Part shown: positions 16,179 through 25,722 of the stretch, one piece after another
Layout of the letters: each line of letters begins with the position of its first letter
Position numbering within the stretch: position 1 is the first letter of the stretch
Assembly (NCBI GenBank): GCA_026003895.1
Contig: BPIC01000003.1
Location: 175,148 to 239,147 of the forward strand
Reading direction: 5' to 3'
DNA: 64,000 bases
Source of the DNA: Dehalococcoidia bacterium
GTDB taxonomy: Bacteria; Chloroflexota; Dehalococcoidia; SpSt-223
The notes under the pieces: generated by a model
The model's input: only the letters and a program-made list of their open reading frames with translations
Told to the model about the DNA's origin: nothing
Database searches by the model: none
Position numbers and translations under genes: made by a program

Positions 16179-17579
16179 ATGGACCCCGCACGCGAGCAGC
16201 TCAGCTCGATCTCGCTGGTAGAGGCGCTGCGCGACCGCCGCTCGCGCCGCTTCGGAGCGGGAATGAGGATCCCGAGTGGTCCCTTTGCCTACTCGAGCGA
16301 TCAGCCTCCGCAGCCGCTCTCGGAAGAAGAGGAAGCGGCCCTTGTCTATGCCGCCGCCGGGATCACCGGGTACGCCCTCGCTGACCTCTCCTTTGGCCCA
16401 GAGCAAGGCGGAACCATGGTCGCTGCGCTCGTCGGCCGAACGGTCAGCAGCGCCGACGCGATCCAAAATGTCGCCCTCGTCGTCACCAATGACGAGGCAA
16501 CCTATCTGATCAAGCGGCCGGCCGACCTTTCCCCCGGCGACGTGGCCGAGGTGATCGCCCAGTCGCAGGCGGGCGAGTTGACGACGATCTACCGCCGGCT
16601 GCGGACGACGATCCGCGAGGGGCGCACCGCGCCGCCGCTCACCCCGCCGATCAATTTCACCGTCAATCACTGGTCGCTCTACGCGCCGGGCGGGACCTAT
16701 TTCTTGCCGATCGCCGACGTAACGCGTTTCTACATCAACGGCGTGATGGAAATGCTCGATGAAGGAATGGACCTGTTCATCGTCGACGAGCGAGCATCGT
16801 TCCGGCCGGCCGGGCTGCGACAGTTTGGCAAGAGCCGAGGCGGCCCGCTCCACGACAACCCCCAGGATCAGCGTATGGGCACCGTCGCCCAGGTCGAAAC
16901 GGTCATCGCCGAGATGCTCGCCATCGAGATCGGGATGATGCTCCAGAACTTGCACCTGATGGCGCAGGCGATCGGGCTAGGAGGATGGCCGAACTTCGCC
17001 CGTCACGACTCCGGCTGGTTTCGGGCGCTCGGGTTTCGGATGGCAACGATGCCGAGCTCGAAATACCTCGGATTCGGCCCGACGCTCGCCTGGCTGGCGC
17101 GAACTCTTCGGCGCGACATCGAGGTCGACTACCCGCTCGCCCTCGAAGTGAACGGAGAGCCACTACTCACACCGTATTGCCCTCCCTTCTACCCGTCGAT
17201 GCGCGACGCCGTCTTCGCCGTGGCCGAGGAGAAGTTCGGCGCCGACGGGATCTGGCGCGGCGGAGGGGTCCACAGCGCTTGGCGTGAGCCGGCGGCCGTC
17301 ACGGAGAAGATCCCTCGTCCCAACGAATCGGTCATCGAGGCGACGGCAGCCTATTGCCAATATCTCTACGACACCTACGGCCGCTTTCCCGTCTACCTCG
17401 CACCCTACCGCACCGTCCTCGGCTCCCAAGTCACCCATGTCGACACGGCATTCTACGACCGGTTCTTTCGACCCGAGGTGCTCTCACCGACCCAGCGCGA
17501 GCACCAGCGTCGCTGGCACCACACAACGTCATCGAGTGAGCAGCGGGAACCGCTTGCGACGCCAGACCACCCGTCCTAG
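16179..17579 (+). CDS. uncharacterised protein, nitroreductase-superfamily-like
   Basis: 466-aa ORF. The N-terminal SLVEALRDRRSRRFG resembles the nitroreductase-family RRSxRxF motif. The rest is unrecognised but protein-like. Confidence 0.55.
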   Translation: MDPAREQLSSISLVEALRDRRSRRFGAGMRIPSGPFAYSSDQPPQPLSEEEEAALVYAAAGITGYALADLSFGPEQGGTMVAALVGRTVSSADAIQNVALVVTNDEATYLIKRPADLSPGDVAEVIAQSQAGELTTIYRRLRTTIREGRTAPPLTPPINFTVNHWSLYAPGGTYFLPIADVTRFYINGVMEMLDEGMDLFIVDERASFRPAGLRQFGKSRGGPLHDNPQDQRMGTVAQVETVIAEMLAIEIGMMLQNLHLMAQAIGLGGWPNFARHDSGWFRALGFRMATMPSSKYLGFGPTLAWLARTLRRDIEVDYPLALEVNGEPLLTPYCPPFYPSMRDAVFAVAEEKFGADGIWRGGGVHSAWREPAAVTEKIPRPNESVIEATAAYCQYLYDTYGRFPVYLAPYRTVLGSQVTHVDTAFYDRFFRPEVLSPTQREHQRRWHHTTSSSEQREPLATPDHPS

Positions 17580-17588
17580 CATGCGGTC

Positions 17589-17969
17589 ATGCGGACGCTC
17601 CCTCTGACCGCGACCCAATTGATCTTGATCTTGACGCTGCCGCTCGTCGCCTATTTTGGCTACGGCGCAGCACGCAAAGCGATGGAGATCCACGAGCTGC
17701 GCGGCCGGGCCGAGCGGCTGCGCGTCGAAATCGATCAGCTCCAAGCTCGCCACCTCGAATTGACCCGCCAGCGCGACTACTTGAAAACCGAGCAGTACGT
17801 CGAACGGGTGGCCCGCGAAGAGCTTGGCTTCGTCAAGCCAACCGAGATCCCCATCGTGGTCGTGGTAAAACCCGACGCAGTCTCAACGCCGCGCACCGCC
17901 GCCGCGCCGCCGCCGGACCAGCGGAGCAATCCGCAGCGCTGGTGGGACGCGTTCTTCGGCGGCCGCTGA
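17589..17969 (+). CDS. ftsB: septum formation initiator (FtsB/DivIC family)
   Basis: One N-terminal TM helix, a coiled coil (RAERLRVEIDQLQARHLELTRQRDYLK), then the family signature EQYVERVAREELGFVKPTE. Confidence 0.75.
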   Translation: MRTLPLTATQLILILTLPLVAYFGYGAARKAMEIHELRGRAERLRVEIDQLQARHLELTRQRDYLKTEQYVERVAREELGFVKPTEIPIVVVVKPDAVSTPRTAAAPPPDQRSNPQRWWDAFFGGR

Positions 17970-18257
17970 GCGCCGCCTCCCTTCGCACATCGTCCGACCT
18001 GCCGTCTGGTGGCTCATCGTGCCCCAGCGGAACGCAACCTCCCGACGTTGTGACACACCAGTGGCAGGCCAGCTTGGCAACGTCGAACCCGGCTGTCGTG
18101 TTTCGGGAGCCTCGGCGACCAGCGCTAGCCGGTTCGGCAGCGTCACCGGCCTGACGGTAGCGCGAACCGCCGCTCTGCTGTATCTTGGAGGCATGCGACA
18201 AGGATCCGCTAGATATGGTATCTTGAGCAAGTGAGTAGGCGGCATGAGGAGCGAGCG

Positions 18258-19247
18258 ATGAGCGCAGTGCGAGAGATCGTCTATCTCGACCCCACGATCT
18301 TGATTCCCGATCCGAATGTGCGACGCCAAGAGGGTGATTTGCGTGGCCTGGCTGCCACGATTCGCGAATTTGGCGTGCTGGAGCCGCTCGGTGTGCGCAA
18401 GGTAGACGACTCCTATCGGCTGGTCTATGGCAACCGCCGCCGCGCCGCCGCGATCCTCGCAGGCCTGAAGGAAGTGCCCTGCATCATCCTTGAAGACCGC
18501 GCAGAAGACGACTACGTCATCCACCAACTCGTCGAGAATATGCAGCGTCGCCAACTTGGCGACATGGAGCAGGCAGAAGGGTTGGCGATGATCCGCCGCC
18601 GCCTTGCCCATCGTGATCCCCGGCTGACGGAAAGCGAGCTCGACGAGCGCGTTGGACGGCTCGTTGGCCTCTCGGCCCGCTCGGTGCAGCGCTACCTCCA
18701 GCTCCGCGAGCTGCCCGCCGAGGTGCGCGACCTCATCCAAGATGAAGAGCTGTCGGTCAGCCAGGCCCAGCACCTCCGCATCCTGCAGCATCCGCAACGC
18801 CAAATCGAGCTCGCCCGCGTGGCCGTCCAGTACGACTTATCCGCCGCTGCCGTGCGCGAGGCGGCCGAACAGATGGCGCGCCGGCGGACGCTGAGCGCGT
18901 TGGAGGCGATCTCGCTCGCCGGCCGCGTCCAACCGTTGCCGCTCACTGAAGAGGAGGCCCTCGCCGCCGAGGCCGAAAGCGAACCGATCGCCGAGGCCGC
19001 TCCCGACGAGAAGGGGAGTGAAGCCGCCGGGCCGTCTGTCGCACGGCCGCGATTCATCCGCGGCCTTGGCACCTTCGACGACGAGATCGAGCGCTTGCTG
19101 TACTCGGTCCACCAAGGGATGCTCGACCGCGCCATTCGACGGAGCCCAAAAGCACTCGACAACACGATCGAGCGAGTGCGGGGGCTGCTGATCGCCCTCG
19201 AACAGCGGGCCGCCCTGCTGCGCGAGCGCGGCCAAGGCGCGGCCTAG
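18258..19247 (+). CDS. ParB/Spo0J-like protein (ParB N-terminal domain + HTH); no adjacent ParA
   Basis: ATG follows GAGGAG. Sequence LIPDPNVRRQEGDLRGLAATIREFGVLEPLGVRK...YRLVYGNRRRAAAILAGL (GxRR arginine patch), then SARSVQRYLQLRELPAEVRDLI (HTH). Confidence 0.75.
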   Translation: MSAVREIVYLDPTILIPDPNVRRQEGDLRGLAATIREFGVLEPLGVRKVDDSYRLVYGNRRRAAAILAGLKEVPCIILEDRAEDDYVIHQLVENMQRRQLGDMEQAEGLAMIRRRLAHRDPRLTESELDERVGRLVGLSARSVQRYLQLRELPAEVRDLIQDEELSVSQAQHLRILQHPQRQIELARVAVQYDLSAAAVREAAEQMARRRTLSALEAISLAGRVQPLPLTEEEALAAEAESEPIAEAAPDEKGSEAAGPSVARPRFIRGLGTFDDEIERLLYSVHQGMLDRAIRRSPKALDNTIERVRGLLIALEQRAALLRERGQGAA

Positions 19248-19251
19248 GCAG

Positions 19252-20040
19252 GTGGACGCCGCGCGCGATGCCATTGGCGCGACGGCCGCCGAAGCGCGGG
19301 CGCTCATCCGCGCCGGCCGTTGGAGCGGGCTCACCGAAACCCTCGCCCAGCGCTTTGTCCACCTCGCGCCGGTCGTCGTCCCGGCCGACTGGGTCCTGCC
19401 GCTCCTCCAGTTCTGCATCCGCAACCCCAGCGCTGGGCCGATCCTCGAGCTGCTTGCGCCCGGCGACTGGGAAACCGGGCTCGCGCCCGGCGGGGACATC
19501 CGCACCGACGTCGTACGCTGGCAGATTTGGGAAGCGGGCAGGCTGACCGGCGAGGTCACCGACCTGCGTCCCGTTTGGCGCGAGGACCTCGTCACCGTTC
19601 TGCTCGGCACCTCGCACATCCTGGCCGGCCCGCTGAAGGCGGCGGGCATCTCGGCCGAGACGGTCGACAACCCCCGCCCGGCGATCTACCGCACCGCGCT
19701 GCCGACACAACCGGCAGGCCCGCTGAGCGGGCCGCACTTTGTCACCGTCAAGTTTGCTCGGCCGGAAGAGATCGCGACGATCTTCCGGGTAACGGGGCGC
19801 TACCCGGCGGGCCATGGGGCACCGATCCACGCCGGCGACCCGGCGCTCATCGGGGTCGACGGGGTACATCCGGCGTTTGGCTTTCCGCTCGAGGTGCCGG
19901 CCGGCCGAGTTCCTCTCTTTTGGCCATGCGGCTTCACCGTGCTCGAGGCGCTGCGCGCCGCGCGGCTGCCCTGGCTCGCCTGCCACGCGCCGGGTTGCAC
20001 CTTCATCGTCGATCTGCCGCCTGAGCGGCTGAGCGTCTAA
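19252..20040 (+). CDS. DUF1445 / putative hydro-lyase (D-glutamate cyclase-like) family protein
   Basis: LQFCIRNPSAGPILE...GGDIRTDVVRW...HGAPIHAGDPALIG...PLFWPCGFT match the family's FC.rNP..CPl / DiRtD / HGaPvHiGdP / PvFWACGvT blocks. Confidence 0.75.
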   Translation: MDAARDAIGATAAEARALIRAGRWSGLTETLAQRFVHLAPVVVPADWVLPLLQFCIRNPSAGPILELLAPGDWETGLAPGGDIRTDVVRWQIWEAGRLTGEVTDLRPVWREDLVTVLLGTSHILAGPLKAAGISAETVDNPRPAIYRTALPTQPAGPLSGPHFVTVKFARPEEIATIFRVTGRYPAGHGAPIHAGDPALIGVDGVHPAFGFPLEVPAGRVPLFWPCGFTVLEALRAARLPWLACHAPGCTFIVDLPPERLSV

Positions 20041-20125
20041 GCAGTCACGATGAACGCTGGCGAGCCTGCCGGGGCGGTGGTATCATCCAGCGGGCGCCGC
20101 GTGCGCCCGCTCTTGCGAGGAAAGC

Positions 20126-20350
20126 ATGACCCCGTACCTTCAAGCCGGCCAGATTGTCGCGTCGATCGCTCTGATCGTCGTCATCATGCTGCAATCGAAA
20201 AGCATGACCTTCTCCGGCACCTTCAGCAACGACTCGTCGATCTATCGCACGCGCCGTGGGCTCGATCGCACGCTCTTTCAGTTGACGATCGTCCTTTCCA
20301 TCGTGTTCCTGCTCTTTTCGATGCTGAGCGTGCGGTTCATCCAGTTGTAG
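20126..20350 (+). CDS. secG: preprotein translocase subunit SecG
   Basis: 74 aa, two TM helices, and the signature IALIVVIMLQSKS...G...R.RGLDRTLFQLT. Confidence 0.8.
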   Translation: MTPYLQAGQIVASIALIVVIMLQSKSMTFSGTFSNDSSIYRTRRGLDRTLFQLTIVLSIVFLLFSMLSVRFIQL

Positions 20351-20381
20351 GCGTGGCGGTCACCCAAACGAGCATCTTGCG

Positions 20382-22041
20382 ATGAACCCGGTGTTGCGCG
20401 CCCTGCGCTTGCCGATTCTGATTGCGGGTATCGGCTGCCTCGTCATCTCGGGCTCGGTGGCAGCGCTCGCCTTCACCCTCAGCACCGAGACCGAGCCCGA
20501 CCGCGGTGGCACCTTCGTCGAGGGGGTCGTGGGCAGCCCACTGAGCATCAACCCGATCCTTGCGAGCTTCAACGACGTCGACCGCGATCTCTGCGCCCTG
20601 CTCTTTACCGGTCTCATCCGGTTGAATGAGCGCGGCGAGCCGACGCCGGAACTGGCTGCCAAGTGGGAAATCGCCCCGGACGGCAAGACAGTCGTCGTCC
20701 AAATGCGACGTGACGCCCATTGGCACGACGGCACGCCGGTCGGAGCGCGGGATGTCGTCTTCACGATCCGTGCCATCCAAGACCCGAAGTTTCAGGGTGC
20801 GCCCGACCTTGCTGAGACGTGGAAAAACATTACGGTCGAACAGGTCGACGACTACACGGTCCGCTTCCGGCTGCGCGAGGGCTTCGCGCCCTTTATCACC
20901 AACCTGCAGGTGGGGTTGCTTCCGTACCACCTGTTGAAAGACGTGCCGGCCGAAGCGCTCCCCGATCACCCCTTCCGTGCCAACCCGGTCGGCAGCGGCC
21001 CGTGGAAGCTGCGCGAGGTCACCAACGAAGCGATTACCCTCGACGCCAACCTCGGGTATTACGGCCAGAAGCCCTATCTGCGCACCTTCCGAATGCGCTT
21101 CTATCCGAACCGCCAAGCGCTGCTCAACGCGCTCCGGCTTCGCGAAGTGCAAGCAGCCGCTGGCATCACCGACGCCGATCTCGTGCGAATCGGCAAGAAC
21201 AAGGACTATCGGGCCTACACCGCGCCGCGGGCGAGCTTCACCATCCTCTTTTTGAACAATCGCTCGACCTTCTTCCGTGACAAGGCCGTGCGTCAGGCGA
21301 TCGGCTACGCCCTCAATCGGCAGCGGATTGTCGAGGTTGCGGCCGGCGGAATGGGTATCGTCGCCGACACGCCGGTTCCTCCGGGCACGTGGGCGGCCGA
21401 TACGACGCTCCAGAAGCTTCAGCACGACCCAGACCGCGCTCGCATGCTGCTGAGCGAAGCCGGTTGGGCGCCAGGCGCGGACGGCACGCGCGAGAAGAAT
21501 GGCGAACGCTTTCGGTTCTCCCTGCTGACCAATGACGACCCGACGCGCATCGCTGCCGCCGAGGAGATCGCTCGCCAGCTCCGCCAAGTCGGTCTGCGCG
21601 CTGAGGTGTCGGCGAGCGGCTACAGCGGCTTGATCGAGCGGTTTCTCTCTCCTCGCCAGTTCGACGCCGTGCTGTTCGGACTCGATCCCGGCGGCGACCC
21701 GGATGGCTTTAGCAACTGGCATAGCTCCCAGGCGCGGCCTGGCGGCTTCAACTTTGTCTCCTATAGCAATCGCCGCGTCGACGACCTTCTGGAGAAGGCG
21801 CGCTCGTCGCCCGATCCGTTGGAACGCACCAAGGCGTATGCCGAGTTTCAAGCCATCTTCGCGGAGGACGTGCCGAGCGTCTTGCTCTACTATCCGCTCT
21901 CGTCCTACGTCGTCGATCGCGAGGTCAACGGCGTCACGCTCCGTCTTCTCTTCGAGCCATCCGACCCGCTTCCGCTCGCTACCAAACTGGTACGTCAAGA
22001 CGAAACGGAACATTCAGCTCGGGCTGCCCAAGATCGGGTGA
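20382..22041 (+). CDS. ABC transporter substrate-binding protein, family 5; as assembled, +1 frameshift at CCC 21965-21967
   Basis: Signal anchor MNPVLRALRLPILIAGIGCLVISG, with SBP_bac_5 blocks throughout. The expected family C-terminus PSD-RFRSLPNWYVKTK...* is in the frame of ORF 21703..22041. The listed 20382..22328 tail is Arg/Ala-rich read-through. Confidence 0.75.
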
Positions 22042-22152
22042 CCGCGCGGTTGGGGCAGCGGCCCACACCCGCACCGAGCCACGCTCAGCGCCCCTCCGTG
22101 CGTGGCGACCCGCTCGCCCTCGATGACGCTCCGTCTTGGGAAGGCTGGTTGG

Positions 22153-22785
22153 CTAGGCGACGGTCTGGACTTCAAGCGATTCGAGGCCGTGGATTCCCCG
22201 TCCCCCGAGACCATCGGAGGGAACGACCAGTTGGATCGGACCATCGTCGCCGAGCGGGCCGCCGTCGCGCTCCCAAGCCACCAGCGCTGGCACGCGGCCA
22301 TATTCGGGCGCGATCTCGGCAAGGCTGAGCACGGCGGCGCGTCCATCGCGGCCACGCGCGACGACGATCCCGCGGACGACGTCGCTGCAACCACCGCCCC
22401 CCCCGCCGGGCAGCGGCGCCTCGGTCACCAGCCCGTGGCGAACCAACAGGGTGTGGAGGAGCACGCCGTGATAGCGGTGGCGCTGGAAGCCGACGCTTGC
22501 GCCGTGCATCGCCTCGAGCGTCGTTGCCGGCAAGGCGAGGAGATCCCCCGGAGCAGCGAGGGCACGGACCATGCCTGGACCGCGCAGCACCAGCTCGGCG
22601 GCAACCGGCGCGTGAACGCCGAGCCGACCGGCTTCGCGGAAGCTCGCGAGGGCGCTTGCTTCGATCCGATACTGCCCACCCACCCGAATTGCAGGCAGCT
22701 CGCCGCGATGAATCAGCGCATAGACGGTAAAGCGCGAGACATTCAGCGCCCGCGCGACTTCCGACGGACGAAGTGTTGCCGGCAT
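22153..22785 (-). CDS. excisionase-type HTH DNA-binding protein fused to a molybdopterin-oxidoreductase-like domain
   Basis: ATG 22785 follows GGGAG. Sequence LRPSEVARALNVSRFTVYALIHRGELPAIRVGGQYRI is an excisionase/MerR-like HTH. The C-terminal ...GGPLGDDGPIQLVVPSDGLGGRGIHGLESLEV resembles the Mo-cofactor-binding domain ending (PlrlvvPg...k.l..iev). The gene is divergent from moeA. Confidence 0.6.
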   Translation of the reverse strand: MPATLRPSEVARALNVSRFTVYALIHRGELPAIRVGGQYRIEASALASFREAGRLGVHAPVAAELVLRGPGMVRALAAPGDLLALPATTLEAMHGASVGFQRHRYHGVLLHTLLVRHGLVTEAPLPGGGGGGCSDVVRGIVVARGRDGRAAVLSLAEIAPEYGRVPALVAWERDGGPLGDDGPIQLVVPSDGLGGRGIHGLESLEVQTVA

Positions 22786-22864
22786 CGAACTCCCGGAGAG
22801 TGGACCACCGTGGCCTGCCAAAATGATACTCTGAGCGCACGCCGTCGTTGCAGGAGTCGCCGCC

Positions 22865-24109
22865 ATGCCCACTGAGATTTCGCCCTACCCGATGGTTCCG
22901 GTCGACGACGCGCTCCGCATCATCCTGCGTCGCGTCGCGCCTCTGCCGGCGGAGCGAGTTGCTCGCCGAGACGCGCTCGGCCGGGTACTCGCCGAGCCGG
23001 TGATCGCAACCGAAGACCAGCCGCCCTTTGTCGCCTCCACCGTCGACGGCTTCGCCGTCCGCGCCGACGACGGGATCGCGCCGCGCCGGCTGCGCGGCGA
23101 CGTGCGGGCAGGGGCGAGCGGCAGACCGATCGGGCCGGGAGAGTGCGTCCGAATCATGACTGGAGCGCCGGTGCCCGCTGGCGCCGACGCAGTCGTGATG
23201 TTCGAGTGGGCCGAGCAGCGCGACGGCGTCGTGATCCCGGAAGCGCCGCCGAAACCGGGGGACAACGTGCGGCCGATCGGCTCGGATCTCCGCACCGGCG
23301 AGATGGTGATTCCTGCTGGTGCGCGGCTTGGCCCGGTGGAGATCGGGCTGCTTGCGACACTCGGAATCCGCGAAGTCGCCGTCCACCGCCGGCCCCGAGT
23401 CGCCGTCCTTACCACGGGCGACGAGATCGTGGATGCCGACGCGACCCCGTCTGGCCCGGCAATTCGCGATAGCAACGGGCCCACGGCGCTGGCCGCGCTC
23501 GCCGAGTGGGGCTTCGCCAGCGAGTTCCTCGGAATCGCACCAGACGTGGCCGAGGAGCAAGAAACCCTGATCCGGCGCGGCATCGAACGGGCCGATGTCG
23601 TGGTGACGAGCGGCGGCGTCTCAGTCGGCACGCACGACCTGATCAAGCCGATCTTTGCCAAGCTGGGCGAGCTGCACTTCGGCCGGATCGCCTTCAAGCC
23701 GGGGAAACCGCTCACCTTCGCCACCGTTGGCCAGACATTGCTCTTCGGCCTGCCGGGCAACCCGGTGTCAGCGTACGTCTGTCTAGCCCTGTTTGTTCGG
23801 CCAGCGCTGCGCCGGCTCGCCGGCGAAGAGGACGTCGTCCCGGTGCTCGTGGATGCAGTGGCGGGCGAGCCGCTGCGTCCCTCGCCCGACCGGCCGGACT
23901 ATCAACGTGCCATCGCCCGTTGGGAAGGCGGCCGCCTCGTTGTTCGCACGACCGGCCCGCAGGGCTCCTCCCGGTTGCGCTCCCTCGTTGGCGCGAACGC
24001 CCTCGTCGTCGTCCCGGCTGGCACGACGCCGCTACCCGCGGGTGCCCCGGTCGACGCGATCCTGCTCGGGCCGGTCGGCGGCGACCGCCTGCTCGGCGCA
24101 GAGGGATAG
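22865..24109 (+). CDS. moeA: molybdopterin molybdenumtransferase MoeA
   Basis: Blocks STVDGFAV, VRIMTGAPVPAGADAVVM, TTGDEIV, IRDSNG, VVTSGGVSVG, IAFKPGKPLTFA and GLPGNPVSAYV align with E. coli MoeA. Confidence 0.85.
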   Translation: MPTEISPYPMVPVDDALRIILRRVAPLPAERVARRDALGRVLAEPVIATEDQPPFVASTVDGFAVRADDGIAPRRLRGDVRAGASGRPIGPGECVRIMTGAPVPAGADAVVMFEWAEQRDGVVIPEAPPKPGDNVRPIGSDLRTGEMVIPAGARLGPVEIGLLATLGIREVAVHRRPRVAVLTTGDEIVDADATPSGPAIRDSNGPTALAALAEWGFASEFLGIAPDVAEEQETLIRRGIERADVVVTSGGVSVGTHDLIKPIFAKLGELHFGRIAFKPGKPLTFATVGQTLLFGLPGNPVSAYVCLALFVRPALRRLAGEEDVVPVLVDAVAGEPLRPSPDRPDYQRAIARWEGGRLVVRTTGPQGSSRLRSLVGANALVVVPAGTTPLPAGAPVDAILLGPVGGDRLLGAEG

Positions 24110-24113
24110 GTCC

Positions 24114-24713
24114 GTGCCGCACGGTCGCATCCCGGACGCGCTCCTCCTCGCCGCCGACGAGCTTGGCATTCGGCTCGAGATCCAGGGCGATCTCCTGCTC
24201 TGGGAGCCATCGCCCGGCGTGCGCCATCAGGAGGCAGTGGATGCGATTCGCGCCTCGATCGGGCCGGCTCTGGTGCCCGGCGGAGGCAATCACTGCGACT
24301 GCCGGCATTACGCCGATCTCTACGTGTGATTCCCCGATGGATCGCTCAAGCGGCCAGATATCAGCATCTTCTGACGCCGACCAGACGAAGACCTCGGAGC
24401 GGTGACGCTCATCCCGGCAGCCGTCGTCGAAATGCTGAACCCCGGCAGCGAACTGAAGGATCTGGAACTCGGCCCGCCCTTCTATCTGATGCACGGCGTC
24501 ACGGACGTCATTGTCTTCGATCCTGAGACAACGCTCGTCCTGCACCGGCGCATCAGCGAGACCGTCCGGCGCCAGTCGCCCGTGACGATCGATCTTGCCT
24601 GCGGTTGCCGGCTGACGGCGTACTCTCGGGGCGGTCCGACAATGCGCGGCCTCGCCTTGCCCACCTGCTGCGCTCATGGTCACGCTCGAGGCGGCGGGGG
24701 ATCGGGCGGGTGA
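24114..24713 (+). pseudogene. Uma2-family (DUF820) endonuclease interrupted by two in-frame TGA codons
   Basis: A single frame reads VPHGRIPDALLLAADELGIRLEIQGDLLLWEPSPGVRHQEAVD...HYADLYV*FPDGSLKRPDISIF*RRPDEDLGAVTLIPAAVVEMLNPGSELKDLE...GVTDVIVFDPE. The stops are at 24327-24329 and 24372-24374. The family blocks (El..G.l..mpsPg..Hq, PDisvf, P.lvvEvlsP) stay collinear across both stops. Confidence 0.65.
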
Positions 24714-24943
24714 TCGTCGCGAACGCTGACCGAGGCCGACACCTCGGTTGAGGTGGCGCGGCGGCTGCATCCTCATGGGGTACTGCCGGGTGGGGACGCC
24801 GTGGCCGTTCCGGGCCACGACGTACCGAACGATGCGCACGGCGTGCGAGCCACCGGGACGGGATCGCCTACAATGGTCGGGAACCGGGAGCGACATCCCT
24901 CCGTTGTTTCCTGCCGGACCATCTTGCCGCCAAGGAGGAACGT

Positions 24944-25666
24944 GTGGCGAGCATCTTCGACCGTATTTCCACCCTCATCCGGGCGAACCTCAACGCCGTG
25001 CTCGACCAAGCCGAGGACCCCGAGAAGGTGCTAGACCAGATCATTCGGGACATGCAGGGCGCCATCAACGATGCCCGCAGCCAAGTGGCCGAAATGATCG
25101 CGCGCGAGCGGATGCTCCGCGCCGATGTCGAAGACCATCGCAAGCTTGTGGCTGAATGGGAGCGCAAGGCCGAGCTTGCTCTCACCCGGAACATGGAAGA
25201 CCTCGCCCGCGAGGCTGTCCGGCGCAAGCTCGACTATCAGAAGACGCTCGAGTTGTCGCTCACCCAGTGGCAGACGCAGAACGAGGTCGTCGAACGGTTG
25301 AAAGCCGACCTCCAGATGCTTCAGAGCAAATACGAGAACGCCGTCCGTCAGCGCGATGCGCTGATCGCCCGTCATAAAGCCGCCCAAGCCCGCGAGCAGG
25401 TCACCCGCACCGTGCGCCAGTTTTCGGCGATCGACCCCACCAGCGAGCTCGCGCGGATGGAAGACCGCATCCGCCTTGCCGAGGCACGCGCCGAGGCGAA
25501 TCTGGAGTTGCAACAGGTCGACTATCGCGACCAGTTCGCCGCCCTCGAAGGCGACAGCGAACTCGAGGAGGAGATGGCACGGCTGCGCGCTCGCGTCCTC
25601 GGTCCCGCCGAGCAGCCAGCCGGGCAACTCGGCGCTCCCAAGTCCGACGGCGACACGAGCGCCTAA
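24944..25666 (+). CDS. pspA: PspA/IM30 family protein (phage shock protein A)
   Basis: GTG 24944 lies 5 nt after AAGGAGG. MASIFDRISTLIRANLNAVLDQAEDPEKVLDQIIRDMQ is the canonical PspA N-terminus, followed by long coiled coils. Confidence 0.85.
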   Translation: MASIFDRISTLIRANLNAVLDQAEDPEKVLDQIIRDMQGAINDARSQVAEMIARERMLRADVEDHRKLVAEWERKAELALTRNMEDLAREAVRRKLDYQKTLELSLTQWQTQNEVVERLKADLQMLQSKYENAVRQRDALIARHKAAQAREQVTRTVRQFSAIDPTSELARMEDRIRLAEARAEANLELQQVDYRDQFAALEGDSELEEEMARLRARVLGPAEQPAGQLGAPKSDGDTSA

Positions 25667-25722
25667 GGCCCCTCGTCGGGGGCGCCCCGCTCTCGCAGGA
25701 GCGGGCAGCTTGGGGGTGAGGA

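Noticed and set aside
18180-18225. Direct repeat GTATCTTG x2 (18180-18187 and 18218-18225) upstream of the ParB-like gene as a possible parS/operator
   Set aside because: An 8-mer recurring within a ~290-nt intergenic region is roughly a coin-flip by chance. It is not palindromic and does not resemble the TGTTTCAC-GTGAAACA parS consensus.
20337-22013. 558-aa ORF on the minus strand
   Set aside because: It is antisense to the family-5 SBP gene (20382..22041). It has no recognisable domain and shows typical high-GC shadow-ORF composition.
22042-22328. C-terminal 96 codons of listed ORF 20382..22328
   Set aside because: This is read-through caused by the extra C at 21965-21967. The sequence is Arg/Ala-rich and overlaps the convergent HTH gene, while the family-typical C-terminus is in the +1 frame ending at 22041.
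22172-23560. 462-aa ORF on the minus strand
   Set aside because: It is antisense to the unmistakable moeA gene. The product is Arg/Pro/Gly/Ala-rich with no motif. Long open antisense frames are expected at this GC content.
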